64,000 nucleotides of DNA, from assembly GCA_963843555.1 (NCBI GenBank), contig CAWJKV010000012.1, forward strand, positions 1 through 64,000, in the 5' to 3' direction. Positions 1-11,399 of this stretch are shown here, piece by piece. This stretch comes from an uncultured Methanosarcinales archaeon (GTDB lineage: Archaea > Halobacteriota > Methanosarcinia > Methanotrichales > Methanotrichaceae). Each line of letters begins with the position of its first letter. Position 1 is the stretch's first letter. The notes below the pieces were generated by a model that searched no databases, was not told the DNA's origin, and saw nothing but the letters and a program-made list of their open reading frames with translations. The position numbers were made by a program, and so were the translations under genes.

Positions 1-380
1 GGGGTCACGGGTACGGGAGAAGGCGCGACAATCGGCATTCCCGTCACGGCTGAAGAAGTCTGCCGGCCCGCGTGGTTGATCTGGACCACGATCTTCCCCG
101 AAACGGCATGCACGGCGTCGATCAGGCGCCGCAGGGGCGCATATGATCGTCGCTGCTGATCATGAGCATGTTGGCACTGGCCTTTCCTTGTTGGATCATA
201 CCGGCGTGTTCGGTGTTGACATTCTCATGTCCCTCTTTCGCACGTTCCCGGTAATAGGCGATCAGGCGTGTTGGGTAACCTTGGGCGAGGCAAAATTGGT
301 CGCCATGGGGGGCATGACAATGCGATTGTTTATTTTCGATGGTTCCTATGGAGACCGAGCGAGATCATGTCTAAGGCCAT
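1..380 (-). CDS. NADH:flavin oxidoreductase (Old Yellow Enzyme family), 5' part, frameshifted, runs off window start
   Basis: Manual minus-strand translation gives NRIVMPPMATNFA..RLIAYYRERAK and LRRLIDAVHAVSGKIVVQINHAGRQT. AGGAGG RBS precedes the ATG at 380. Several indels. Confidence 0.85.
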
Positions 381-680
381 ATATCTTACCTCCTAAAAAA
401 TGTTGTTTTTGTAAATGATTTTGACCGTATCCCCCTTGGCGGGGACGGTCAGGTGGTCAAACCAGTTGACCAGAAAGTACCAGCCGTGGTTGATTACGCC
501 CTCAAGATATTTATTGGAATTTCTTCCCCCGGGGAGTTTCACGGAAAGGAAAAATCGGGCCTAAACAGGCCCCCAGGCGCCGCTTTTTCCCCAGGTGTTT
601 CCGCGGGTAAGCATGATACATGTAACTACTTATAATAATTGTTGAATAACCTTATAAAAATCTATTGCTGAAAAATCTTC

Positions 681-708
681 TTGACAGGCAAGGCAAGCCT
701 TACATAGT
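681..708 (+). promoter_or_regulatory. Putative sigma70 promoter for the ABC transporter operon
   Basis: Perfect TTGACA at 681-686 and CATAGT at 703-708 (16-bp spacer). Confidence 0.4.
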
Positions 709-975
709 TCTCACAAGACTGTCAGAAGTAACGCTCGATATCTGCTCCTCCCCTGTTATAAAGGGAGACTTTGCCGGGAACTGCATCGATGGTTACCCCC
801 GATGAACGGGGAGATGATTGAGGCGCTCCGCGATAGGTCCAGAAACCATCATTAAATCTTAACACATTTGGAAAAGGAGGTGAAACTGCTTTACGTAGGA
901 TAAGAAAGAGCTTCAAACGGACCGTTTTGTAATGAAAATGGGATTTGGGGGTCTCGCTGTGAAGAAAGGAGTGAA

Positions 976-2313
976 ATGATGAGACGAGGAATCTGATCGC
1001 TAATTCTGATTCTTGAATGACTTCATTTGCCTGGGGAGCCGAGAAAAAGGTCGTCCGGATTTGGCATACGGGAGTATGAGGGCGCAGACGATCGCGGCGT
1101 TCCAAAGTATCATCGATGAGTATGAAAAAACACACACGGACGTCACTATCAAGCAGGAGGGGTTGGCTTGGGGCGATCTGGAAGCCAAACTGACCGCGGC
1201 CCTGGCGGCGGGGGTACCTTGCCTTGAGGCCAGCCATGGACAGGCGATCACCTGCGCCTCCTTTTACCAGAAGGGACTCCTCAGGGACCAGGAGGATATC
1301 GCCGAGTCCGTCGGTAAGGACAACATCTTCGAGGCGTGCAGGAACCTTTGCCGTTTCGAGGGGAAGTACTACGGGATTACCCACTCGCCCAACACCAATC
1401 TTCTGATCTACCGCAAGGACATCTTCAAGAAAAAGGGGTTGAAGCCTCCCAAGACCTGGGATGAATTCATCAAGGTGGCCGAGGCGATGATGGAAAAGGA
1501 TGCGAAAGGGGCGGGTGACCCGCTACGGTCTTTCTCTCCCGGGGGTTCCCCTGTTCGTCAACATCCTGGTGGCAGAACTGACCAATGCCAACGGCGGACG
1601 GCTCTTCGACCTGAAGACCGGCCGGCCCACCTTCACGGAAAAACCCGTCATCGAGGTACTCGACTTCTACAAAACGAACGACAAGGTCCTGCCTCCGGGT
1701 TGGTTGGGGCACGGTTACCTGGATACCTTCACCAATCTCGCTACCGGTAAGGTCGCCATGGTTTACCAGGGTCATGGCCGCAGCGCCGGGTATATCGGGA
1801 AATACGCTCCCCGGGGAATGGGGACGCCCAGTACTTCGGCGTCATGATCAAACCTCACGGACCGTCGGAAAGCAGACGGCGGCCCAGGTCGACGCCGAGC
1901 CGTGGATGATCTTCAAGAATTCCAAGTACCCGGAGGAAGCAGCGGACTTCATCAAGTTTTTCTTCACAGACGGACCGCCCATCAGATACCTGCACTCCGT
2001 TCCGGTTCACCTCTTGCCGACTTTGAAGTCCGTCCGAGCCTCCGCAGCCTACCAGGACAACGCGATGTACCGACGCTGGACGGAATGGGTGGAGATGGAT
2101 TACTACTACTTCGAAAAGGATCTGGCGAAGCCGACCCTGGTAGTGAAGTGGGACGACCTGAAGCTCCCCTTCATGCTGGAGATCTTCGGGTCTAACATCC
2201 TGGTCGATATGGTGACCGATGCCGTCCGGGGCATGCCGTCGGCGCAGGCAGCGGCCAAGGCCCAGGGGCGAGCAGAAGAGTTGATCGCCAAGCTGGGGCA
2301 TAAGCGCTGGTAA
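976..2313 (+). CDS. Carbohydrate ABC transporter substrate-binding protein (CUT1), split by indels
   Basis: AGGAG RBS and ATG at 976. The pieces 1013-1750, 1500-1847 and 1774-2313 join into one SBP (LLIYRKDIFKKKGLKPPKTWDEF, FTNLATGKVAMV, KYPEEAADFIKFF). Confidence 0.85.
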
Positions 2314-2335
2314 ATACGGGTATAGGCAATAAAGA

Positions 2336-3339
2336 ATGGATAATCTTTCTAATCCGCAGAGGCGGCAGGCGCCCCCTGCCGCCTCTGATTCCCAGATGGA
2401 GGCGGTCGGGGCCGGGCATCGCCTGATGAGGTTTGCGGGGGATTTTTTCCGCGTTACAAAAGGGGAGCGGAGCGAGCAGGTGGCCGGATACCTGACCATC
2501 ATGCCGGCCCTGTTTTTGATCATGGGGCTGACGCTCTATCCGGTGATATACTCCATATGGCTGAGCCTCCTCGATAAGCACTCTTTTTTCCCCCAGGAGC
2601 GCTTCATCGGTCTTGAGAACTACATCTACCTGTGGAGCGATCCCGAGTTCTGGAGCAGTTTCTGGTTGGGTCTGGTTTACTCGTTCTGGACGATCGTCTT
2701 CCAGATTATCCTGGGGGTAGCGGCGGCGCTGATCTTGAACGAAACGTTCATCGGGCGGAACCTGATCCGGGGGATGGTGCTGTTCCCCTATATGATCCCG
2801 ACGATCGTGGCCGTGATCCTCTGGAAATGGCTGCTCAATGACATGTACGGGGTGGTCAACTACTGGCTTTTGGCCATCGGTATCGTCGAGGAACCCATAA
2901 GTTGGCTGGGCGCCGACCACATCATGTTTTCCGTGGTCGTGATGAGCATCTGGCAGTTTTTCCCCTTTGTCCTGCTCACTATCCTGGCCCGCCTGCAGAC
3001 GATCCCGGAGAAGCTTACGAGGCCGCCAAGGTGGACGGGGCCTCGGCCTTCAAGCGCTTCATCCACATCACCATCCCGCAGATCCGCGGGATCCTTTTCG
3101 TGGTCATCCTGCTGCGCAGCATCTGGATGTTCACGAAATTCGATACAGTATGGCTGATGGGTGAAGGGGCGGGGGCCGGGCGCTTCATCCGCACGCTGCC
3201 GGTCTACGCCTATATGAGGACCATGACCTACTACCAGGCGGGTCTCGGGGCGGCGCTGGCGGTTATCATGTTCCTCCTCCTGGTGATCTGTACCATCGTC
3301 TATTTCCGGATGTTTCGCGAGGAGGCCGATATAGGATGA
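2336..3339 (+). CDS. Carbohydrate ABC transporter permease (MalF/UgpA-like), one frameshift near 3015
   Basis: FIGLENY motif, TM helices and EAA loop (YEAAKVDGAS) across ORFs 2336-3157 and 2902-3339. Confidence 0.9.
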
Positions 3340-4178
3340 ACTTCCCGCGGTTACAGCGCATTTCGATGCGTACCCTTCTCTACATCGGCGCGGCGGCGCT
3401 GGCCTTCCAGGCCGCCTTTCCTTTTTTATGGATGGTTTCGACCTCCCTTAAGCCCCCGCCTGAGGTGTTCGCGACGCCTCCCGCGTTCATCCCCGACGAG
3501 CCGACCCTGGAAAACTTCATCCGGCTCTTTTCCGCCACCCATTTTCTGACCTACTTTAAGAACAGCATCGTCGTTTGCGGATGGGCCGTGGTCCTGACGA
3601 TGATCGTCAGCGCGTTCGGCGCTTACAGCCTCACGCGCTACCGCTATCCGGGACGGGAAAAGTTCGCGGGGCTGATTTTGTGCACCTACATGTTCGCCCC
3701 CATCATGGTGGTCATCCCCTTCTTCATCCTGGCCAAGAAGATCGGCATCGAGAATACGCATCTGGCCCTGGTGCTCTCCTTTACCTCCTTCTGCCTGCCC
3801 TTCACCCTCTGGATGATGCGGGCCTTTTTCATGACGATCCCCCTTGAGCTGGAGGAAGCGGCCATGGTGGACGGCTGCGGCAGGTTAAGGGCGGTTATAT
3901 TTGTGGTGCTTCCTCTGGCCCTGCCGGGGATCATCGCGACGTCCATCTTTACGTTCATCCTCGCCTGGAACGACTACATCTTTACCCGGATCCTCATCGC
4001 GTCCGATGAACTCAAGACATTGCCCGTCGGCGTGCAGGATCTCTTCAACTCGTCGATCATCGATTGGGGCCTGATCATGTCCGCAGGGATGATGATCACG
4101 ATTCCAGCCCTGGTCTTCTTCGTGGCGGTGCAGCGGTACCTCATCCGGGGCTGGGGTGCGGGAGCGGTCAAGGGGTAA
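3336..4178 (+). CDS. Carbohydrate ABC transporter permease (MalG/UgpE-like)
   Basis: EAA motif LEEAAMVDG and C-terminal GAVKG. ATGA overlap with the previous gene. Confidence 0.93.
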   Translation: MNFPRLQRISMRTLLYIGAAALAFQAAFPFLWMVSTSLKPPPEVFATPPAFIPDEPTLENFIRLFSATHFLTYFKNSIVVCGWAVVLTMIVSAFGAYSLTRYRYPGREKFAGLILCTYMFAPIMVVIPFFILAKKIGIENTHLALVLSFTSFCLPFTLWMMRAFFMTIPLELEEAAMVDGCGRLRAVIFVVLPLALPGIIATSIFTFILAWNDYIFTRILIASDELKTLPVGVQDLFNSSIIDWGLIMSAGMMITIPALVFFVAVQRYLIRGWGAGAVKG

Positions 4179-4495
4179 GCGCCTTCTTCCTCCCGCATCG
4201 AGGGCACTCCCCTGCCTGCTTGTTCTTGGGTCCTCAACCCACACAAAAGTACCTTCTTAAGATTTCATGCATCACCATTTTAAAAAAAGCATCATCCGCG
4301 GAGGTCCCGGAAAAAGGCGAGCCCGTTGACAACCGCCCACTGCCACCCCCTACTCCTCGGAAGGAAACGATACTCGGATATACGATTCGGAAGCGAGGGA
4401 ACTCAAATCTTTCAAAGAGGAGAGCTCAGGGCGGGGAAGATTCTGCATGTCGGGAAGGGCGTCACGTTTAGGTTGGGAAGGTTCGAGATGCAATT

Positions 4496-4750
4496 TCAGT
4501 ATACTTGTTTTCGATGTTTTACGGTGAGGATGGAGATGGTACGGGCGGCAAGTTCATAAACGACCCGATAATCACCGACCCGCAAGGAGAATGCCCCTTT
4601 GTGGTTGCCGACAAGGGGCTTGCCTGCCCTTGGATTCTCCTGAAGGGATTCGATCTTGTTGACGATCCGCACGAAAAAGTTTCTGTCGGCCCGGTAGAGA
4701 TGATCGATGTCCGAAGCAGCCTCCCGGGAGAACTCGATGGCATAGCTCAT
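4496..4750 (-). CDS. relE: RelE/ParE family type II toxin
   Basis: 84 aa with ENPR..GKPL and SLRVGDYRVVY motifs. Overlaps the antitoxin stop. Confidence 0.9.
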   Translation of the reverse strand: MSYAIEFSREAASDIDHLYRADRNFFVRIVNKIESLQENPRAGKPLVGNHKGAFSLRVGDYRVVYELAARTISILTVKHRKQVY

Positions 4751-5025
4751 GACAGCTCGTACTTCTTTTTTACGGCAGCCAGAGATACGGTCTTCCCTTT
4801 TTTTACCTGTGCCTTTGCCCGCGCGATAGCCTCCCGTTCCTCCTTGCAGGAGAGGATGTCCAGAGTCTCCAGAAGTCCGTCATACTCCTCGTTGCTCAGG
4901 ATCACCGCCTTACTGACGCCGTTTTTCGTGATAGTAAACCGGTCGAACTTCTCTTCCACGTCCTTGATGATGGCGGAAAATTGCTTCTTTGCCTTTGCCA
5001 GTGGGATCATCCTGCTCATGGCCAT
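4747..5025 (-). CDS. Phd/YefM family antitoxin
   Basis: IPLAKAKKQFSAIIKDV..FTITKNG..AVILS..EYDGLLETL pattern. AGGAGG RBS; start may be 5019. Confidence 0.9.
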   Translation of the reverse strand: MAMSRMIPLAKAKKQFSAIIKDVEEKFDRFTITKNGVSKAVILSNEEYDGLLETLDILSCKEEREAIARAKAQVKKGKTVSLAAVKKKYELS

Positions 5026-5168
5026 CCTCCTTTATAAGCTTAAAAGTGGTCACAATTATAGTCTATCAAAATGCAAAAGGCAAGGAGAAACTTCCCCATC
5101 ATTTATCCTTGGCCGATATCACCTGCGAAGGCGCATCACCCCTTGTTTGTTTGATTCTTTGTTTTTTC

Positions 5169-5244
5169 TGGAGCCGATGCGCAGGATCGAACTGCGGACC
5201 TGCTGATTACGAATCAGCTGCTCTACCGTCTGAGCTACATCGGC
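5169..5244 (-). tRNA. tRNA-Thr(CGT), CCA encoded
   Basis: Reverse complement GCCGATGTAGCTCAG...CTGATT-CGT-AATCAG...GTTCGATCC...ATCGGCTCCA, 76-nt cloverleaf. Confidence 0.95.
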
Positions 5245-5454
5245 TTTGGTTTATGCGGCGGGCTTTTTCTTCTAAAGAGTCGTCTTTCTATCGCAAGAAA
5301 TACCCCCTGTCAAGTTTTTCATGTACGAATCACCTCTTCCGCCATGCTTGCGAGAGTATACATCGCATAGAGTCTGCCTTGACTTTCGAGGCTTCTCTGA
5401 TATGATTTCTTAAATTTTCCCAGACGTATGGCCACACTGGAGTGATTTGAGAAG

Positions 5455-6415
5455 ATGCTTTTAAAAGAAAATCAGAAATACCGCAGTTGGGTCGAGGTCG
5501 ATCTCGGCAATTTCGCCGCGAATTGGGAAGAGATGAAACGACTGGTCGGCCCAAACGTTCAGATCATGCAGGTGGTCAAGGCGGACGCTTACGGCCACGG
5601 GGCCATCGAGATTTCCAACGTCGCCCTGAAGAACGGCGCCTCTTGTCTGGGCGTGGCGAACGCCGATGAAGGGGTTCAGCTCCGGGTAAGCGAAATCACA
5701 GCTCCCGTGATCATCCTCTCCCCCCCGCCACGGATTCCGAGATCGACCAGATCATCAAATACAACCTGATCCCCTCCGTCTCCGATCTGAGCTTTGCGCG
5801 GGAATTTCAAAAACGGGCTCGCAAGGCAAGCATCCGGGCGCCTCCACGTCGAGGTTGACACGGGAATGGGACGGGGAGGCACCTTGAACGAGGAGGACTT
5901 CGCAGGTCATCCGCGAGATCGCCTCTTTCCCCAACCTCGCCATCGAGGGGATCTTCACCCATTTTTCCGAAAGCGAGATCCTCTCTTACTACAACGACCT
6001 CCAATGGAGCGCTTTTGGGGAACTTCTGGAGAAACTCGATAATTACTGTCTCCGCATACCGATCCGTCATATCGCCAACAGCGGCGCCATCCTGAACTAC
6101 CCCCAGTATCGCCTCGACATGGTGCGGCCGGGGATCATGTCCTACGGGATCTATCCCTCGCCGGAAACACGAAACAAAGCCTCCCTCGCCCCCTGCGATG
6201 AGCTTCAAGACGGGGGTCGTTCTCATCAAGGAGTTTCCCGAGGGGTACAGCATCGGTTACGGCCGGACCTTCATCACTAGACGTCCCACACGGATCGCCA
6301 CCATCCCCGTCGGCTACGGCGACGGCTTCGGCTGGATTCTCGGTAATCAGGGGGAGGCCCTGATCAGGGGGAAGCGAGCCCCGATCGGCGGGTTTCGATG
6401 GACATGTGCACTCTT
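5455..6415 (+). CDS. alr: Alanine racemase, frameshifted and truncated at the ~6415 junction
   Basis: PLP-lysine motif VVKADAYGHG, HVEVDTGMGR, IPVGYGDG and VSMDMCT. Sequence becomes unrelated immediately after. Confidence 0.9.
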
Positions 6416-6979
6416 GAGTTCTGCAATGAGGTATATTTTAACGATATGAAATTCTCCAAATTACTAATCTCTTGGGATTCGATTAGAGATAATTTAGAAT
6501 TCAATGGTCCAACTTATCTTCTACTAATCAAGAATTTCAGGGATATGGAGCAATTCGAAGATGCAGATAATTGCTACTATCAATACCGCGATGAGAAACG
6601 ACAAGGTCGGCCATTGGGTTGGGCAAAGATCTTCGATTATATAGCCATGATCTCTTGTGGTTATGGAGTTCGTTGGCAGAAGACTATACTTGCGTCAATC
6701 GGAATGACGGTCCTTTTTGGAATATACTTTTCATTGAAAGGGGGCATCTTAGGTTCAAAGGAAGCCAGAAAGCTCCAAAAATTGAAAGAATGCCTATTTT
6801 TTAGCTTAACATTATTAACATCCGCTCCAACAGATTGGTATGTGAGCCTATTTGGCATTGAAAAGTATAAGGATATTGTAACATCCAATAAATACTCGAT
6901 CTTCTTAGAGCGCGTTATAGGTTGGAGCCTTCTAATATTGCTTGTCAACACATTAAGCAGAATTATGATAAGATACTAA
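6416..6979 (+). CDS. C-terminal part of a methanogen pentapeptide-repeat/2TM ion-channel-like membrane protein (5' end missing)
   Basis: AT-rich. ADNCYYQYR..ISCGYGVRW, FFSLTLLTS and LERVIGWSLLIL resemble the C-termini of Methanosarcinales pentapeptide proteins. Confidence 0.6.
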   Translation, partial: EFCNEVYFNDMKFSKLLISWDSIRDNLEFNGPTYLLLIKNFRDMEQFEDADNCYYQYRDEKRQGRPLGWAKIFDYIAMISCGYGVRWQKTILASIGMTVLFGIYFSLKGGILGSKEARKLQKLKECLFFSLTLLTSAPTDWYVSLFGIEKYKDIVTSNKYSIFLERVIGWSLLILLVNTLSRIMIRY

Positions 6980-7221
6980 AAACAACCGCAACAGACTAAG
7001 CCCCGATTGTAGACAGTTGGTTAAGCAACATTATTTGAGGCGACTCCATTTTCGAATTTCTGGAGAGTTGTAATCAAATGCTCCGTATTCATTCAGATAT
7101 ACCTCCTCGACCATTAGGTTTTGACAAAGCCATGTATAACTTTGACGAATACAACATACCAACAAATGCAGGAAAACTCTTGAAAATCGATATTAGGAGA
7201 ACGATTTACTTAGTAATTATA

Positions 7222-7294
<73 letters not shown>

Positions 7295-7299
7295 GAAAG

Positions 7300-7373
7300 T
7301 GGGCCCGACGCGATTCGAACGCATGACCTCCGCCATGTCAAGGCGACGTCATAACCAGCTAGACCACGGGCCC
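7300..7373 (-). tRNA. tRNA-Val(GAC), tandem with tRNA-Phe
   Basis: Reverse complement GGGCCCGTGGTCTAGCTGG...CGCCTT-GAC-ATGGCG...GTTCGAATC...GGGCCCA. Confidence 0.95.
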
Positions 7374-7553
7374 GCAAGCAGGTTTCATATCTTCTCCTCG
7401 CAGATAAAGGCTTCGGTCCTGCGGAGAAAACAGGCAGGAGAAGCCCGGAGGCTTGTCAAGACGGGCGGGAAGTGCAGAACCTGGGCCAGCCCGGAAATTC
7501 GATTTGAAAATTTGGGCGCTTATCGAAGCTGTTACTGTCCAAGGCCGTCGATC

Positions 7554-7690
7554 ATGCAGGAACAACGTTCGCACATCTTCCGGGGTTCCGCGAGTCGGCC
7601 TGCGGGCCTCCCGCGCTTGGTCGGGGCGCCGCTCAAGGCCGCGGCCGGCCGAGCGACGGCGGTTAAGCTGCAGACTTATTGAGGGCAAAG
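7554..7690. repeat. GC-rich structured repeat, copy 1
   Basis: Aligns over ~135 nt with 7910-8058 (shared CCGCGAGTCGGCCTGCGGGC and GGCCGCGGCCGGCC). Confidence 0.8.
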
Positions 7691-7762
7691 TACTGTCGAT
7701 AGATCTCTTTCATCAACGTTCAACGATAAAGGGCAAGCTTCATAGATTGTTCCCCGCGGCCG

Positions 7763-7843
7763 CGGGGTTAGGGGGGCCGCCACGGCCTGGAGTGGGCCCC
7801 GTCACCCCAGCGCGTTTAACCGCGCGGAACCCCGGAAGGTGTG
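7763..7843. repeat. Inverted, partial relative of the same GC-rich repeat
   Basis: CGCGGAACCCCGGAAG(G/A)TGTG and the CCAC/GTGG vs CCGC/GCGG stem match the reverse complement of copy 1. Confidence 0.65.
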
Positions 7844-7909
7844 GCTGGATGTATTTTGCGTCTAGATAAGAGAATTGTTAATACATTCAACTGCAGATGG
7901 AACTGTCTG

Positions 7910-8058
7910 ATGCAGGCAAGGACAACATTAGCGCATTCTTCTGGGGTGCCGCGAGTCGGCCTGCGGGCATCCCGCGCTACGGTTGAGGGGCGCCGTTCAG
8001 GGCCGCGGCCGGCCAAGCGACGACGGCAAAATTGCAGACTAATCGATAGGGCCAATGT
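7910..8058. repeat. GC-rich structured repeat, copy 2
   Basis: Diverged direct repeat of 7554-7690. Confidence 0.8.
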
Positions 8059-8174
8059 ATGGTCGGACTCACGACATTTCGAATTTAAATCGAGTTCGAT
8101 GATGTTAAAACATCTCGATTTTCATCCGCCATGTATGAGCTCCGACCTGAGGCCATGAGTGTTTCACTCCCGAT

Positions 8175-11100
8175 TCAGGTGTAGTAAACCTCTTTATGAT
8201 ACTCATCCAGCGCCTTGATGGTGATCTGATCCTTCTTGGCCATGACAATGGCATCCGCCGCCGCCTGCGCCGCCTGAATGGTGGTGATATAGGGGACATG
8301 GTAGTCCACAGCGCTGCGCCTGATCTGGAAGCCGTCCTTGACGGACTGCTTCGTGGTGGGCGTATTTATTATCAGCTTCACCTCGCAGCGTTTGATGTAG
8401 TCCAGGACATTGGGGCTGCCGTTGTAGATCTTGTTCACCCGATCCACAGGTATGCCTGATTTCTTGAGATACTCGGCAGTGTTGTCAGTGGCGATGATCT
8501 TCAGGCCGGCATCAACCAGCTTTCTGGCTGCTACCGCCACCGCCGCTTTATCGTCATCCTTCACCGATATGAAGACCAATCCCCCCAGGGGAAGCGGGTT
8601 GTCTGCAGACAGCTCTGCTTTGAAGAAGGCCAGGCCCAGCTTGTAGTCTATGCCCATAACCTCTCCTGTGGACCTCATCTCCGGCCCCAGCAGAACATCT
8701 GCGCCTGGTAGCTTGTCGAAAGGCAGCAGTACCTCCTTGACTGAGACGTAAGGGGTCTTCGGCTCCTGGAGAAAGCCCTGCTCGCGCAGGGATCTATCGA
8801 TCATGACATTGGCCGCAATCTTGGCCAGGGGCAGTCCAACCGCCTTGGAGACGAAGGGGATGGTCCGGCTGGAGCGGGGGTTGGCCTCCAGAACATAAAC
8901 CGTGCCGTCTTTGTAGGCCATCTGCAGGTTCACAATTCCCACGACGTTGAGGCCCAGGGCGATCTTGCGCACATAATCCCGCACTACCTCCAGAACCACG
9001 CCCGGCAAGGTCTGAGGCGGAATCATGCAGGCGCTGTCGCCCGAGTGAATGCCCGCCTCTTCGATGTGCTCCATGATGGCGCCAATCAGGACATCAGTCC
9101 CGTCGCAAACGGCATCCACATCGATCTCCACGGCGTTCTGCAGGAAGTCGTCTATGAGAACAGGATGCTCGTGAGAGACCCTCACCGCCTCACGCATGTA
9201 GACCTCCAGACCTCCTTCATCGTAGACGATCTCCATGGCCCTGCCGCCCAGGACGTAGCTCGGTCTGACCAGAACTGGATAGCCTATCCTGGCGGCAACC
9301 GCCTTGGCCTCGGCCGGTGAGAAGGCGATGCCCGCATTGGGCTGGGGGATATTCAACTGGCTCATGAGGGCATTGAACCTCTCCCGGTCCTCAGCCAGGT
9401 CGATGCTGTCCGGAGTTGTGCCCAGGATCCTGGTCTTCAGGCCGCGGCGAGCGATCTCCTTTTCCAGAGGCATGGCCAGGTTTATGGCGGTCTGCCCTCC
9501 GAACTGCACCAGCAGACCGTAGGGCTGCTCCTTCTCGATGATGTTCATGACGTCTTCCAGGGTCACGGGCTCGAAGAAGAGCTTGTCCGATGTATCGTAA
9601 TCCGTGGAAACCGTCTCGGGATTGTTGTTGATGATGTGGGCCTCTATGCCCTGTTCGCGCAGCGCCATCACGGCATGAACGGTGCAGTAGTCAAACTCGA
9701 TTCCCTGGCCGATCCTGATGGGACCGGACCCCAGGATCAGCACCTTCTTTCTGTCCGAGGGCACAAGCTCGCATTCGGTATCGTAGGATGAGTAGTAGTA
9801 AGGCGTCTTGGCCTCAAACTCGGCGGCACAGGTATCCACCATCTTGAAGGTGGGAATGATGCCCAGGGAGATGGCGCATATCCGTTATCTCTTCCCGGCT
9901 CTTGCCGACTAATGCAGCTATCTGCTCGTCTGTGAATCCGGTGCGTTTGGCCTTCCTGAAGGGTCTCGGGATTCAGACCTTTTTTTATCTCCTCTTCCAT
10001 TGTGACAATGTTCTCGATCCTGTAGAGGAAGTAAGGCTCGATGCCGGTGATGGCAGAGATCTCCTCCGGGGTGATGCCCCTCTTCAGGGCCTGGTAGATG
10101 GCAAAGAGCCGCTCGTCCGTGGGATTCAGAAGGAGGTTCTTGATCTCCTCATCCGTCCAGGTGGTGTACTTTCCGGAATATCCGAAGTCCTTATCGATAT
10201 CCAGGGAACGCACAGCCTTCATGAGGGACTCTTCGTAGCTGCGACCGATGGCCATGACCTCACCCGTGGATTTCATGGCTGTGGTGAGAGTGTTATCGGC
10301 CTTGACGAACTTGTCGAAGGGCCAGCGGGGAATCTTCGTCACTATATAATCCACAGTGGGCTCGAAGGATGCGGGCGTCTCTTTGGTCACGTCGTTCCTG
10401 ATCTCATCCAGTGTCATTCCGATGGCGATCTTGGCTGTGACACGGGCAATGGGGTATCCAGTGGCTTTGGACGCCAGAGCGCTGACGACCGGGAGACGCG
10501 CGGATTGACCTCTATAACCCGGTACTCGCCGTTCTTGACAGCGAACTGGATGTTGCAGCCGCCCTCGATTTCCAGGGCTCGAATGATGTTTATGGCGGCG
10601 CTGCGCAGCATCTGAATCTCTCTGTCGGATAGGGTCTGGATGGGAGTGACGACAATGGACTCGCCGGTGTGAATGCCCATGGGGTCCATGTTCTCCATGT
10701 TGCAGATGGTGATGCAGGTGTTGTTCGAGTCCCTCATCACCTCGTACTCCAGCTCAGTCCAGCCACCCACGCTCTCCTCCAGCAGGACCTGGCTGATCCT
10801 GGACCTTTTCAGTCCCAGTTCACAGATGCGGAGAAGATCTTCGCGTGTCTTGGCAATGCCTCCGCCAGAGCCGCCCAAAGTGTAAGCGGGCCTTACCACC
10901 AGAGGCAGTCCCAGCTCTTCCATGACCTGCAGAGCCTCATCCAGGGTGTTGACCGCTTTGCTTCTCGGCACGGGTTCCCCGACCCGCTGCATAGCCTTCT
11001 TGAAGAGGTCGCGATCCTCTGCCTCCCGGATGGATTTGACGGACGTTCCCAGGACCTCGACGTTATACTTCTCGAGGATTCCCATCTCCGCCAGCTCGGA

Positions 11101-11397
11101 TGTGATGTTCAGACCGGTCTGACCGCCGATACCGGCAATGATTCCATCCGGCCTCTCCTTCTCAATTATCTTGGCCACAATCTCGGGCACAAGCGGCTCA
11201 ATGTAGACTTTGTCTGCCGTATCGGGATCTGTCATGATGGTGGCCGGATTGGAGTTGACCAGGACAACCTCTATACCCTCTTCGCGCAGCGATTTGCAGG
11301 CCTGAGAGCCGGAGAAATCAAACTCTGCTGCCTGGCCGATCTGGATGGGACCCGAGCCTATGAGCAGAACCTTGTGGATATCGTTTCGCTTGGGCAT
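8175..11397 (-). CDS. carB: Carbamoyl-phosphate synthase large subunit, split into 3 ORFs by indels
   Basis: [30 protein letters not shown] start, second [15 protein letters not shown] repeat and C-terminal MGS domain. Confidence 0.97.
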
Positions 11398-11399
11398 CT

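Noticed and set aside
6398..6979. Novel Alr-membrane protein fusion
   Set aside because: The in-frame join coincides with the composition and taxon break; it is probably a product of the junction.
6980..7027. Integron attC site (AAC...GTTAAGC) after the membrane protein gene
   Set aside because: Only ~48 nt, no convincing L-box inverted repeat, and no integrase in the window.
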